IMG/VR virus record: IMGVR_UViG_2890901082_000001
Span: 1 to 64,000 of that record
DNA from: a virus
Direction: 5' to 3' (one strand)
Length of the DNA: 64,000 nucleotides
The notes beneath the pieces were generated by a model that was not told the origin of the DNA, made no database searches, and saw only the letters and a program-made list of their open reading frames with translations. Each line of letters starts with the position of its first letter. Position 1 is the stretch's first letter. Both the position numbers and the translations under genes were made by a program. Positions 18,407 to 28,307 of the stretch are shown here, piece after piece.

Positions 18407-21149
18407 ATGCTACCCTAGTTTTCATGTTTTTCTCAAATTCTTTTAGTGCTTTTTTGATTACCATCTCCACTTCTGAAGAAGTAACTCCCGTTCCGCTAAA
18501 AGCTCCAGGTTCTATGTTGATGCTTACCTTATCTATTGCAGTACCTATCATAGTACCTCCTTCATTATTCGAGGCATTAGATTTGATCTCCAAGGCTTTT
18601 TTATTAACATCAACCCCTCTACTACCATCGCCAAAACCAAATAGATTTTTTGTATAATCAATCCCTTCTTGGGTTGTTTGATTTGTAGCTTCTAGTAAGG
18701 TTGCGTTGCCCTTCTTTCCTTCGAATTGTTTGTCCGTTTTCTCAACTACTTTTTGAACTGTAGATGTTCCGCCTTTTAGTTCAGAAAGCTTTTGATTTTT
18801 TGCTTCTTTTCGAATTTTAGAAAGTTCAGCTAAAGTGATTTCAGAGTTTGCTTTCAATGCCTGATTAGCCATAAGAGAGGCATAGGTTTCTGCCTGCTGA
18901 TTTATAAGCATTGTGTCCGTTGCATTTGCGATGCTGGATCCCCAAGATGTCATCTTTTCTAACATCCAATCCCCCGTTCCTAAAATAAACTTTCCAAACT
19001 GAGTTCCTTCAAACCAATTCATCACTGATTTTAAGTTTTCAAACAGCTTGTCTATAAAAGGAAATGCATGATCTTTAAAGAGAAATCCCAAAGGGTTATC
19101 CTCACTCTCTAGGTAGTTCTTAATAGACTGCATTCCATTGCGGAACATCTCAGGAATACTTTTTATGAATGTCGAAATAAAGTGATAGGTTACTTTAAAA
19201 TCGAGTACTAGTTGATCAAACCAAGACGAGAAAAACTTCCAAAGATTTTTTACAGACTCGGCAATCATATTCACCCCTAAAGCAAAGCTCTTATTTGACT
19301 TGTAGAAATTGTATAGCGTTCTTGAGAAGTGAGCGACCACTCCAATCAAAGCAGCCACAGCCCCTACTATCGGGAGTATTGGAGCAATAGCCGTCCATAT
19401 AGCAGCACCAAACGATACAACTAAAGGAATAACCCCAAGAAGAGATTTTCCAAGAGACATGATGCTTCTACCCAAAGTACCTAATGATTTAACAGAGCCA
19501 ACAGCAGCTTGTCTTATTGACATCTTTGAGAGTTTCCACATTTGAATACGCAGTACTCTAAATGCATTTGCTGTTGTAATAGACTGTAATCCTAAAGCAC
19601 TTAATGAACGCTTCATTAAAGGGAACGCTTTTTTAGTCATAAGGTGAGATCCCAAAGACATGACATTGAAAAACTGCTTTGCCTGTAGTCCAGATACAAC
19701 AAACCATTTGGCAAGCTTAAATCCATAAACAGCAAGTAGCCATTTACCAACTAAGGAAATTGCAGTCTTTATTTCAGAACCGTACTCTTGAAAAAACCAC
19801 TTTACTTTTTCAACCCAAATTCCCGTTTTGATGATGAAGTTTCTGAGAAGATTATTAATGCCATCTTTACCTCCGACCAATGCAGAAAACTTGGATTCAG
19901 AGAGAAAGAACACTTTAGTTAATTCTCTAAAAAACGTCCAAGTAAGTTTAAATACACCTCCAATAGCTTGACCAAAACCTGTAATGATTCCTTGATTTTT
20001 TCTAAGGTATTCTAGAACATCCGTCAATGATTTTTTCACCATCTCTCCAAACGAGTCGGGGCTATTCACATCACCAAAAAGGGCTTTCATGAATATGCCT
20101 CCCATCGCCTTATATCTCTCTAATATTTGAGAAAGTGAACTTGGAATTTTCAGTGCAATTCTGTGGATTTCTTTTTGTTCGTGTAGGAACCCTCTAGTTG
20201 CTTCAGCTAGCTTTCTTGGATCTAAGTATTGCTGTTGTAAAAGTTCTCCATGTTTCGTAGCTCCTGCGATAAGCCCTTCAAGAGAAGATAAATCACCGGA
20301 AAGAATGTTGGTATAATTTTGAGCAGCTTCAGAAACACTAACTCCAAACACTTCTGACATATCAGAAATCATTCTTGAGTCCTTGTCTGAATAGTTGATT
20401 CCTTTTCTACTTAGTTCTTGAGCTATACCAATATGGTCTTCTACATTACCCGAAAAATTCCCTGATGCGATGTTTGACTGAATCTTAGCGTAAGCTGCAC
20501 TTGCATTTTCTAAGGACCCAAAAGCCAAATATGCTTTTCGAGTTTGGGACTCCATCTCTGTTAAGTAGTTAACAAAGGCTTGTGTGCCAAGGTAAGCACC
20601 TCCGACATATGCAATGTAGTCGATCAACCCTGAAGTCAGATTTCGAAGTGATCCATAAGCAGCTCTTGTTGTTCCAATCAATCCTTTGTTTTCTCTAGAA
20701 AGGCCATTCACGGCATTTTGAGCAGCTTCAGCTTTTTCGGCATTTAAGCCAAGAAGTCTAGCACCTTCTAGTAAAGGATTTTTACCCTGTAACACCCAAA
20801 TAGCAGCTTGTGTTTTTGCTATTGACTTGAGGTATTTTTTTGTTTTACCTGTTGACTCTAGTCCAAGCTGTTTATTCAACTTATCACTAAGCTTATCTAC
20901 TTGCTTTTCAACATCTTTTATTTGCTTTTTTGCATCTGTCCAAAGCCCAGAAAAAGTAAAGCCTTTTTTGGCTGTGGAAGCCTTGACTTTACTTTTATTC
21001 ATCATCTCTTCTAGATTTTTTGGATCAAGTGCGTTATACATAGACTTGTATGCATTCTTACTTGCTGCAGAAAGTTTCAATAACTTATCTGTTACTGTAT
21101 CTACTACAGAGATGTTTTTAATATCTACCGCAAAATCGAAAATATTCAT
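18396..21149 (-). CDS. tail tape measure protein (917 aa)
   Basis: Largest ORF in the tail module. Alpha-helical composition, central hydrophobic helices, and position after the tube and chaperone genes. Confidence 0.75.
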   Translation of the reverse strand: MNIFDFAVDIKNISVVDTVTDKLLKLSAASKNAYKSMYNALDPKNLEEMMNKSKVKASTAKKGFTFSGLWTDAKKQIKDVEKQVDKLSDKLNKQLGLESTGKTKKYLKSIAKTQAAIWVLQGKNPLLEGARLLGLNAEKAEAAQNAVNGLSRENKGLIGTTRAAYGSLRNLTSGLIDYIAYVGGAYLGTQAFVNYLTEMESQTRKAYLAFGSLENASAAYAKIQSNIASGNFSGNVEDHIGIAQELSRKGINYSDKDSRMISDMSEVFGVSVSEAAQNYTNILSGDLSSLEGLIAGATKHGELLQQQYLDPRKLAEATRGFLHEQKEIHRIALKIPSSLSQILERYKAMGGIFMKALFGDVNSPDSFGEMVKKSLTDVLEYLRKNQGIITGFGQAIGGVFKLTWTFFRELTKVFFLSESKFSALVGGKDGINNLLRNFIIKTGIWVEKVKWFFQEYGSEIKTAISLVGKWLLAVYGFKLAKWFVVSGLQAKQFFNVMSLGSHLMTKKAFPLMKRSLSALGLQSITTANAFRVLRIQMWKLSKMSIRQAAVGSVKSLGTLGRSIMSLGKSLLGVIPLVVSFGAAIWTAIAPILPIVGAVAALIGVVAHFSRTLYNFYKSNKSFALGVNMIAESVKNLWKFFSSWFDQLVLDFKVTYHFISTFIKSIPEMFRNGMQSIKNYLESEDNPLGFLFKDHAFPFIDKLFENLKSVMNWFEGTQFGKFILGTGDWMLEKMTSWGSSIANATDTMLINQQAETYASLMANQALKANSEITLAELSKIRKEAKNQKLSELKGGTSTVQKVVEKTDKQFEGKKGNATLLEATNQTTQEGIDYTKNLFGFGDGSRGVDVNKKALEIKSNASNNEGGTMIGTAIDKVSINIEPGAFSGTGVTSSEVEMVIKKALKEFEKNMKTRVAYGG

Positions 21150-21151
21150 GA

Positions 21152-21295
21152 CTACTGTCTGGTATTTGAGTTCTTGCTTTCCTCTTCCATTACCCGCAGT
21201 TCTTGTTGTAGAATAGACCTACGTGTTTTTGTAGGTAGAAGTAGAAAGTCTTTATATGAAGAAAAATTTAACCGCTTGAGAAACAAGTGGAACAT
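21152..21295 (-). CDS. small ORF (47 aa) directly upstream of the tape measure gene
   Basis: My own translation: MFHLFLKRLNFSSYKDFLLLPTKTRRSILQQELRVMEEESKNSNTRQ. Its stop lies 2 nt before the TMP ATG. Below the ORF-track cutoff. Confidence 0.25.
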   Translation of the reverse strand: MFHLFLKRLNFSSYKDFLLLPTKTRRSILQQELRVMEEESKNSNTRQ

Positions 21296-21429
21296 GGAGT
21301 CAAAACTATACTCTTCAGTAGGCTTAAATAGGTGTATAACTCCCTTATAAATCTGATGATATACCTCATGTGCTTTTGAAGTACATAAAGGATTATCCGC
21401 AGAAATGCCCTTATTTAATAGATGATTGC

Positions 21430-22305
21430 TTATGAAGAGAATAAGTTTCCCGACTGTGCAGATACAGGAATCTGTTTACTCATTGAGCAGGCACAAGTGT
21501 CCTCATATGCGAAAGATAAAGCGGGGATTTCATCTCTTACGCAGTTACGGATCGCCTGAAGGTCTTTTCTGAAAATTTGATCAAAAACTTTTAACCCTTT
21601 TCTTTTGAAAAGCTCTGATGGAAGTTCACTAATAATTTCTCCTGAATCGCTGACTTGCTTAATACCAATGATACAGTTCATTGCTATTTTTCTCCAAAAT
21701 TCAATGTCATCGTCATAGCTGTTTTCATGTTGAATACAGTCGCGTAACGTTGGGGCCCTAAATTCAAACTGATTAAAAGTGATGCCGTCTAGTTCTGGCT
21801 CAACAAGTTCTCCTCTTTTTTTAGGAGATTTGTAGACATACCCTTCTGTAAGTTTTGTAGTCAACACATCAAACTCGCCATCTGCCTCGTCAATTTTTTC
21901 ATAGTCTTCTTCCGAGTAGTCTATCTTGTGTAAGTCTACATCCATCGCTAGCGTTTTCGTGCAGTACTTACAAATCACTTCTTGATTTTCCAATAAGTCC
22001 TCCCACAAGTGTCTATGAATCTCTAGGAGCAGTGTATTTGCAACAGCCATAGGCATCGCTAATACTACTTGAGGAATTTTCACATCCCCACTTTCCGCGA
22101 ATTTCTTGCGAACTTCTTCAGCACTTGAATGCCTCCCTAATTGGGAACACCCCGCACTGATCACATTAGCGAACCAAGAAAACGGTTTTTCTGAATTTCG
22201 CTTAGTGAAGATTTTTTCTGCAGCACCATTAATTGGTAGAAGAGTGGCCTCCTCTACTCTATCGCCCGAAAACGAATAGGTTACGTCTAGTTTAATTGTT
22301 TTCAT
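21430..22305 (-). CDS. hypothetical protein in the tail assembly chaperone position (291 aa)
   Basis: Lies between the tube and tape measure genes. Contains CKYC and CAC cysteine pairs. Confidence 0.35.
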   Translation of the reverse strand: MKTIKLDVTYSFSGDRVEEATLLPINGAAEKIFTKRNSEKPFSWFANVISAGCSQLGRHSSAEEVRKKFAESGDVKIPQVVLAMPMAVANTLLLEIHRHLWEDLLENQEVICKYCTKTLAMDVDLHKIDYSEEDYEKIDEADGEFDVLTTKLTEGYVYKSPKKRGELVEPELDGITFNQFEFRAPTLRDCIQHENSYDDDIEFWRKIAMNCIIGIKQVSDSGEIISELPSELFKRKGLKVFDQIFRKDLQAIRNCVRDEIPALSFAYEDTCACSMSKQIPVSAQSGNLFSS

Positions 22306-22365
22306 TATACTTAGTATTTGACCTTAACTAAACAAAGCTGAGAAAAAAAATGCGGGGCATCAAGA

Positions 22366-22875
22366 TTAGTTCTCGTCAAAATGATCATCAGCAAAAGCAC
22401 CGTACTGCATTTGAAACTTATCAGTTCCTTGCACATCGAATGTGGGGTACGTTCTAGACTTAAAAGCAAACCCTTCAAGAATGATAACTCTTAAAGGAAT
22501 TCCATGATGTTTTTTTGTAAGTCTTCCTGTAAGTTTCAGTCCTTTTTGGCATGCTTTAACGATACCTGCCAATTCAATATCTTCAGCTGTACCTTCTTCT
22601 GTTCGAGCAAGTGAAAGCTCCCCTAAATCAAGGATCTGATTTACGAATTTTTTCTTCTTGTTAGTACCCGCGTCTACAGTCTCCACATGCTCCATTGTTT
22701 CTTGAAGACCTGAGAGTGTTTCAAACCTGTAGTTTTTACCACCGCCTAAGACATTGTCTAGTCCAAGTGCTGATAGAACTGCCTGAGTAGCCGGAGAAGA
22801 AGAAATTTCGGGAGAAAGAGATAGTTCTAAAAACCATCCATTATTCACCATCAAATCCGCTGGTTTTGTTGACAT
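22366..22875 (-). CDS. tail tube protein (169 aa)
   Basis: Immediately downstream of the sheath gene, typical size, own motif copy upstream. Confidence 0.5.
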   Translation of the reverse strand: MSTKPADLMVNNGWFLELSLSPEISSSPATQAVLSALGLDNVLGGGKNYRFETLSGLQETMEHVETVDAGTNKKKKFVNQILDLGELSLARTEEGTAEDIELAGIVKACQKGLKLTGRLTKKHHGIPLRVIILEGFAFKSRTYPTFDVQGTDKFQMQYGAFADDHFDEN

Positions 22876-22884
22876 AAGCTTAAA

Positions 22885-22896
22885 TGTATTTGTGTG
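22885..22896 (-). promoter_or_regulatory. conserved upstream motif copy (variant, sense CACACAAATACA), 9 nt before ATG 22875
   Basis: tgtatttgtgtg on the + strand, with 2 mismatches at the A/T end. Confidence 0.5.
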
Positions 22897-22910
22897 ATTA
22901 ATGAAGAATA

Positions 22911-22940
22911 CTGCCGACTAAATGCCGATAGCCGACAGCG
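22911..22940. repeat. three closely spaced GCCGA pentamers (22913, 22924, 22931) between the sheath and tube genes
   Basis: ctGCCGActaaatGCCGAtaGCCGAcagcg. A GC-rich patch in an AT-rich spacer. Confidence 0.4.
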
Positions 22941-22959
22941 ATTTCTTGCAAGTTTATTT

Positions 22960-24789
22960 TTATGATACGTTTAGGACACCATCATTTCTATTCAATGAGA
23001 TGTTAGCATACTCCAATACCTCCGTTGGAATCCAATTTATATCGATGTTCTTTTCTTTTCTACTTTGTCCCACAGGATTATTTTGTTCATCCGAAACAAA
23101 GATGTATGCTTCTTCAAATGGAATAGAGTTTTCTAAAGCCCCAAGCTCATATTGTCTCTTGAAAAATTGACGTAAAGAAGTCTTTGCTTGCCCTACCAAA
23201 TCTCCCGAATTAGAGGTTTGAGATAGCCATTGATAGTTTTCATCAATGTAATTGAGATAAAACATCGTTTGTCGTCTAATGGAAATTGACTGATGCAATT
23301 CAGCTTTCGACTGACTTCTAGACGAGACAACAAAGAATCCGTTTTTGTTAGTGTGACCAATAAAGTTTACACCGTATGCTTCCAAATACTTTGTATGTTC
23401 TTTTCTATCAAATGATTTTGTATCTACAGTAATCGCATTGATCCTTGCACCAACTCCTCCAGGTACAATATGTGCGTGTCCTCCTTGATTTTTAGATAGA
23501 TGGATATAGGCTGAACCAATAATTGAAGATGCTGAAGGAATAATCTTCTTATATTTTCCATCTTGGATCGTCATCCACCCCACATACACCGCAGTATTTG
23601 AAAGGGATTCTCCACTATTCAAAGCATCGTTATAGGCTATAAAATCGCTTTCTCTTGCATTTTTTGGAGTATTGCAAACAAAGGTTACTCTGCCGTTTTC
23701 TAGGGCGTAGGCATTGCCATATTGAGCCATTTCAAGAGTCTGTACATCCGATAGGACTATTTGTACATCTTGACCATCAAAGAGCTTGAATCCTTTTTTC
23801 TCGTCATTTTCTACTACTCCTTCATAATCTGCTTCTGTTGGAGTAACATACAATCCCCCCGTCAGCATTAGAGTAACCTTACTCGTTAATGTGTGTTCTG
23901 GAGAATTAGCTTCTAGTAGTACATACTTTGAGGATTCAGAACGCTCAGAAAGTTCAATCATGTCTGATGCATAAAGGGTATCTACCACTACACCATCCTC
24001 GTACACAACCATCGCCCACTCTGAGGGAGAAGGGTGATCCAAGATAGACTGACTTGGAGGAAATACATCAACCATTAGTAGATTGCCATGCTCTCCTGGT
24101 GACTCCGTTCCATTAAATGCTGAAGTAACGGTAAATACCTTCAAAGGATCTACAGTTGTATTTGCTACTGAAACTACTAAAGCAATTGCAGTATTTGCTT
24201 GCGTGTGACTTACTGTAAGTGTATTTTTTGAATACGCATACGTGTAGTCTTCAAATACAGCTACAGCATTAACTTTCTGAGAGGTTAGCCATTCTGAAAG
24301 TCTTTTCACAAAATTGCTAATTGACTCTCCTTTCTGAGCTACAACTTCATGGTCTGAAGAACCGTCATTGATGATAACTTTATCTCCTTCTTCTAGTGCA
24401 GAAAAAGAGTATTTTTTTGAGGCTAATTTATCCGCTTCAACCGCCTGCAGTTCGTCTTCTACAACTGCTTGATCATTAATTGGAGCAACCGTATATGATG
24501 CCGTTGCTGCAGTAGATCCCTCTCCCGCTAAACGAATACCATACATGGTAACGCCATACTGACCTGCGTGTTTGTACATTGCTTCTACTTGCACATCCGC
24601 TTTGGTTGGGGATCCGACCCCAAAAACTTCTCTGTCTTCAGAAAGGGAAGTAATTTCGATAGGGACATTTACCGGCCCTTTACTTCTCTGCATTATCATT
24701 CCAACATTATGCTTAGAGACTCCCGCTTTTGGGGACGTTGCATTTGAAATGCCTTCTTGGAGATTTAACCCCAGTAATTTTTTTGACAT
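22960..24789 (-). CDS. contractile tail sheath protein (609 aa)
   Basis: The N-terminus (GISNATSPKAGVSKHNVGMIMQRSKGPVNVPIEITSLSEDREVFG) and the C-terminal region are typical of phage sheath proteins. Size fits. Confidence 0.8.
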   Translation of the reverse strand: MSKKLLGLNLQEGISNATSPKAGVSKHNVGMIMQRSKGPVNVPIEITSLSEDREVFGVGSPTKADVQVEAMYKHAGQYGVTMYGIRLAGEGSTAATASYTVAPINDQAVVEDELQAVEADKLASKKYSFSALEEGDKVIINDGSSDHEVVAQKGESISNFVKRLSEWLTSQKVNAVAVFEDYTYAYSKNTLTVSHTQANTAIALVVSVANTTVDPLKVFTVTSAFNGTESPGEHGNLLMVDVFPPSQSILDHPSPSEWAMVVYEDGVVVDTLYASDMIELSERSESSKYVLLEANSPEHTLTSKVTLMLTGGLYVTPTEADYEGVVENDEKKGFKLFDGQDVQIVLSDVQTLEMAQYGNAYALENGRVTFVCNTPKNARESDFIAYNDALNSGESLSNTAVYVGWMTIQDGKYKKIIPSASSIIGSAYIHLSKNQGGHAHIVPGGVGARINAITVDTKSFDRKEHTKYLEAYGVNFIGHTNKNGFFVVSSRSQSKAELHQSISIRRQTMFYLNYIDENYQWLSQTSNSGDLVGQAKTSLRQFFKRQYELGALENSIPFEEAYIFVSDEQNNPVGQSRKEKNIDINWIPTEVLEYANISLNRNDGVLNVS

Positions 24790-24796
24790 ATCTATT

Positions 24797-25378
24797 TTAA
24801 ATTGAAGGTGATTTAATATTTAAGTTGATGTTTACTATAGATGGAACAAACTCTTCAGGTTGGCTAGGAGCAACCCACAGGAATACCGTGAAGTCTGCCA
24901 CATGTTCAAACACCCCATCCGTAGTGTCTAAGTCCCTATAGTTTACTGTATATCGGCATCGGCACAATCCATAGTACTTAGTTGAGTATTCAAACCATCC
25001 CTCGCTACCAAATTTTTGAAGAAAAACCGTCTTAACTTGTTGATTATCTTCGTAACTAGATGTTATCGATTTGACATCAAACTTATACTCTATGTAGTAA
25101 GGGGACTCTAACAGTAGATTATTTGGAAGAATTACCTTTGGTGCAATCGAGGGCATGTTATGATACATTGTAGAAGGAGCTTGACCTCTAGGAATAATAA
25201 GCAAGCTATTAGCACTATAATCTTCAGCCGTCAGATTTTTGCTATCTCCTTTTCTTGAAAACTTTACCTTCAAGCTGAGTTGCTTTCCGTCTCTAGTAGC
25301 ATCAAAAGGTTCATCGTGATTTTGACCACAAAACTGACTTGAAAAGAGTGCATCCCCTTCTATGAATTCATGTATCAT
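24797..25378 (-). CDS. hypothetical protein in the tail terminator/completion position (193 aa)
   Basis: Positional only. Confidence 0.35.
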   Translation of the reverse strand: MIHEFIEGDALFSSQFCGQNHDEPFDATRDGKQLSLKVKFSRKGDSKNLTAEDYSANSLLIIPRGQAPSTMYHNMPSIAPKVILPNNLLLESPYYIEYKFDVKSITSSYEDNQQVKTVFLQKFGSEGWFEYSTKYYGLCRCRYTVNYRDLDTTDGVFEHVADFTVFLWVAPSQPEEFVPSIVNINLNIKSPSI

Positions 25379-25737
25379 TTAATGTATTTTTTTAGTCGAT
25401 TGGCAGTAGTTAGTAATGCACCTCCTGTTTTTGTTTTGGAGAGTGATCTAACTCCTTTCCATATTTTTGATTTTAGCTTTTTACCCTTTGGATCATTGTT
25501 TAACCACTTTTTAGCAGTTTTTCCAAGTGTATTAGAGGCACTACCTTGATCGTCTTTATAACCCATCGCAGCGCCAACAAAACTTCCCGCTTTTCTGCCA
25601 AGAGCCCCTTTCGCAAAACCTGTAACTGTCTTCTTATTTATAAAATGAGACTTGACTGTTTTCTTATTTCCACACTTCCTTTTGTGGGACCTTACGATTC
25701 TACCTTTTCTGTAGTGTGATTTTACTATAGTATTCAT
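25375..25737 (-). CDS. KSHYRK-leader basic protein family, member 1 (120 aa)
   Basis: MNTIVKSHYRKGRIVRSHKRK..TVKSHF leader (three KSH copies), then GAAMGY Gly-rich segment. Confidence 0.7.
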   Translation of the reverse strand: MNTIVKSHYRKGRIVRSHKRKCGNKKTVKSHFINKKTVTGFAKGALGRKAGSFVGAAMGYKDDQGSASNTLGKTAKKWLNNDPKGKKLKSKIWKGVRSLSKTKTGGALLTTANRLKKYIK

Positions 25738-26519
25738 CAGCGTTTCTTTTTATTTTTCATAAGCATAGCCCACTTTTCTTTTTGGCTAGCTCTGGATGAA
25801 TCATTTACATATTCGGCGCCCTTGGTTTGATTACCTGTACCAAAAACCTTTTCATGGGATTCTGGTAAGGTTGCTTTTTGAACACCTTTATTTATACTGC
25901 CAAGACTTGCAGGGGAACCCTTTGGTGGATCATATAAACTTTCGATCATTTTTTGAAAGTTGAAGTCTTTACCATTTGCTCTTGCATCCGTAAGCATATC
26001 CTGCAGGGGCTTTGTAGTAAATCCTTCTCCTGTATAGGCTACACCGGAATGTTTATTAAGTTGTGCTAATTCAGACATACGTCCTCTTGCACCAATGGAC
26101 TTCGTTATGCTTGAATCACTACCTGGAAGTTTAATCTTTGTTTTTAGCGCGACAGGCATTGCTAGAATAATGTCAGTTTCTTTATCACGCAGTCTACCAA
26201 GGTCGTCCGTATAGGAGTTTGTAAAATTATTTGACCCCGCTATTTTTCTGAAGCTCCCTCCTGACGTAGTAAATTTATTATTGAACTTATTTATAGTACT
26301 GCCAATCGCATTATCAAGAGAGTGTCTATGTTTATAAGCCAAGCCACTACCAATAAGAATACCGCCAATCTTTGCTCCAAGTCTTAGGTATTTTTTATTC
26401 TTCTTTGTAAACTTTTTGGCATGAGAAAGTTTCTCATTCAAAGACTTAAATTGCTTACGAAAATGAGATCTAACTTTTACAGTTTTTCCTTTTCGATAAT
26501 GTGATCTTACTACTATCAT
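25737..26519 (-). CDS. KSHYRK-leader basic protein family, member 2 (260 aa)
   Basis: MIVVRSHYRKGKTVKVRSHFRK leader, then LGAKIGGILIGSGLAY segment and a long unique C-terminus. Confidence 0.75.
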   Translation of the reverse strand: MIVVRSHYRKGKTVKVRSHFRKQFKSLNEKLSHAKKFTKKNKKYLRLGAKIGGILIGSGLAYKHRHSLDNAIGSTINKFNNKFTTSGGSFRKIAGSNNFTNSYTDDLGRLRDKETDIILAMPVALKTKIKLPGSDSSITKSIGARGRMSELAQLNKHSGVAYTGEGFTTKPLQDMLTDARANGKDFNFQKMIESLYDPPKGSPASLGSINKGVQKATLPESHEKVFGTGNQTKGAEYVNDSSRASQKEKWAMLMKNKKKR

Positions 26520-26992
26520 TAAGAGTTAAACTTTCTTCTAATTCTTCTTCCTCTAGCTTTCACTCTAGCATTAATTGTGATCGCAGGTTCATTATATTTA
26601 GCCTTCCATCTTTTAGACATTCCACTACTAAAATTTTTAGCATTAACTACAATTTGAGCTAGATGTTCTTTTGCTTTTACAGGCTCCGTAAACGCTAACT
26701 GATTATATTCTTTCAGTACTTTATCAGGGCTTTGTGTTGAGGAAACTCCTTTACTAAAAGCTCTTAGTGAAGACCTGCTAAGACCTTTTCTTGCACCATG
26801 AACAAATCCAGAATTAAATCCCCTGTCTGCTCCATATTTATAAGCCCCCGCTGTTGCTGCAGATAAGGCAAGTACTCCTGCTCCTGCTATACCAATAGCT
26901 TTTAGATGTCTTTTAAAAAAGCTTTTTTTAACGGCTCTTTTGTGTGATCTAATGATCTTACCTTTTCTGTAGTGGCTCTTAACTATGATCAT
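26519..26992 (-). CDS. KSHYRK-leader basic protein family, member 3 (157 aa)
   Basis: MIIVKSHYRKGKIIRSHKR leader, then IGIAGAGVLALSAATAGAY segment. Confidence 0.75.
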   Translation of the reverse strand: MIIVKSHYRKGKIIRSHKRAVKKSFFKRHLKAIGIAGAGVLALSAATAGAYKYGADRGFNSGFVHGARKGLSRSSLRAFSKGVSSTQSPDKVLKEYNQLAFTEPVKAKEHLAQIVVNAKNFSSGMSKRWKAKYNEPAITINARVKARGRRIRRKFNS

Positions 26993-27588
26993 CGCTTTCT
27001 TATTTTACGAGGCTTATTTCTTGCAGTCAGTCTTGCATCTTTTCTATTCTTGAAGATGTTGCCTACATAAGAGGCAGCTTCTGATCTATCCATCTTTCCC
27101 GACTTAACCGCAGCATTAATGGCTTTTACATTCTTCAAGTCATCTGAAGAAATTTTGCCTACTGAGTTTTTATAGCTAGAGATGTTATTGGAATCTAATC
27201 CAATTACTTTTTGAGCATACATATCAGAATTTCTTAAATACTTTCTTTTTCTGTACCCTCCGTCCATCCAAGTAAGGGAGTTGCTTGACTTACCTTTACT
27301 TGTGTTTCTTTTTGCTACCTGCTTACTGCCCTCCATTAGATGATCAGCGTTAGCTCCATCTCTTTTTAGGTTAATCCACCCTTTATTATAAGCTAAAGCA
27401 CCCGCAGCTGCAGAACCAAGAATCGCTCCTCCAATTGCAAGCTTACCTTTATGCTTTTTTGCGAATTTTTTAGTAGCTGAAATTGCTGAACTAAGACGTT
27501 GTTTAGTCGATCTTTTGTGAGACTTAATGACAGCTACCCCACCTCCGCTTTTTTTACGGAAGTGGGATTTTACAATTACTGTTGCCAT
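26989..27588 (-). CDS. KSHYRK-leader basic protein family, member 4 (199 aa)
   Basis: MATVIVKSHFRKKSGGGVAVIKSHKR leader, then IGGAILGSAAAGALAY segment. Confidence 0.75.
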   Translation of the reverse strand: MATVIVKSHFRKKSGGGVAVIKSHKRSTKQRLSSAISATKKFAKKHKGKLAIGGAILGSAAAGALAYNKGWINLKRDGANADHLMEGSKQVAKRNTSKGKSSNSLTWMDGGYRKRKYLRNSDMYAQKVIGLDSNNISSYKNSVGKISSDDLKNVKAINAAVKSGKMDRSEAASYVGNIFKNRKDARLTARNKPRKIRKR

Positions 27589-27591
27589 AGA

Positions 27592-28050
27592 CTACTTCTT
27601 ATTTCTTGAAGCTCTTTTCTTTTTAAGGTATGATAGCTTAGCACCTCGCGCTGCACCTCTAACTTTACCATACCCTGACTTAACATCGCCTGCGATACCT
27701 TTTGTCAGTCCACGACCCGCACCTTTTGCTGCACTTACAGCTGTACCAAATCTGCCTTTTCCTGCAGCCTTTGCAGAGAACGCACTAGAGAGTGCTTTAC
27801 CTGATAATCCATATCTTTTGTTTGCACCGTAAGCTGCTGCACCTAAAGCTGCTGCTGCTCCGATACCGCCTGCAATTTTACGTTTGTGTTTACCTGCAAA
27901 TGCTCCAGCTTTACCTACAGCACCTTTTGCTTTAGTATACATCCCTTTAGCTCTTTCTTTAAGGGATTTTTTTGAGCGTTTATGAGACTTAACAACAGAC
28001 ATCTTACCCGATGCGGATTTTCTGTAATGTGACTTAACCGTAGTTACCAT
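27592..28050 (-). CDS. KSHYRK-leader basic protein family, member 5 (152 aa)
   Basis: MVTTVKSHYRKSASGKMSVVKSHKR leader, then GGIGAAAALGAAAYG segment. Confidence 0.75.
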   Translation of the reverse strand: MVTTVKSHYRKSASGKMSVVKSHKRSKKSLKERAKGMYTKAKGAVGKAGAFAGKHKRKIAGGIGAAAALGAAAYGANKRYGLSGKALSSAFSAKAAGKGRFGTAVSAAKGAGRGLTKGIAGDVKSGYGKVRGAARGAKLSYLKKKRASRNKK

Positions 28051-28057
28051 TTTTTTA

Positions 28058-28300
28058 TTATCGTTTAATTAGTTTTGAACCATACTTGACAGCATTTTTT
28101 GTGATGCCATCTATCGCTTTTCCTGTGACAACTCCACCAACAAGACCTCCAATTGGAGAGGCAACAAATTTGTTAGCACTCTTCCAGGCTTTGTTTCCTG
28201 CTTTCTTCAGTTTCGCTCGAATCTTTCCCCGTTTATGGGATCGAACTACACTAACTCCACCCGACTTGCTTTTTCTGTAGTGAGATTTTACTGTAATCAT
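28058..28300 (-). CDS. KSHYRK-leader basic protein family, member 6 (80 aa)
   Basis: Start moved to MITVKSHYRKSKSGGVSVVRSHKR (ATG 28300) by homology with the paralogs. Followed by PIGGLVGGVVTG segment. Confidence 0.7.
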   Translation of the reverse strand: MITVKSHYRKSKSGGVSVVRSHKRGKIRAKLKKAGNKAWKSANKFVASPIGGLVGGVVTGKAIDGITKNAVKYGSKLIKR

Positions 28301-28307
28301 ATTTGAG

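Noticed and set aside
20827-21216. 129-aa plus-strand ORF spanning the tape measure start
   Set aside because: It is antisense to a well-supported structural gene, has a Ser/Leu/Phe-rich low-complexity product, and has no start context.
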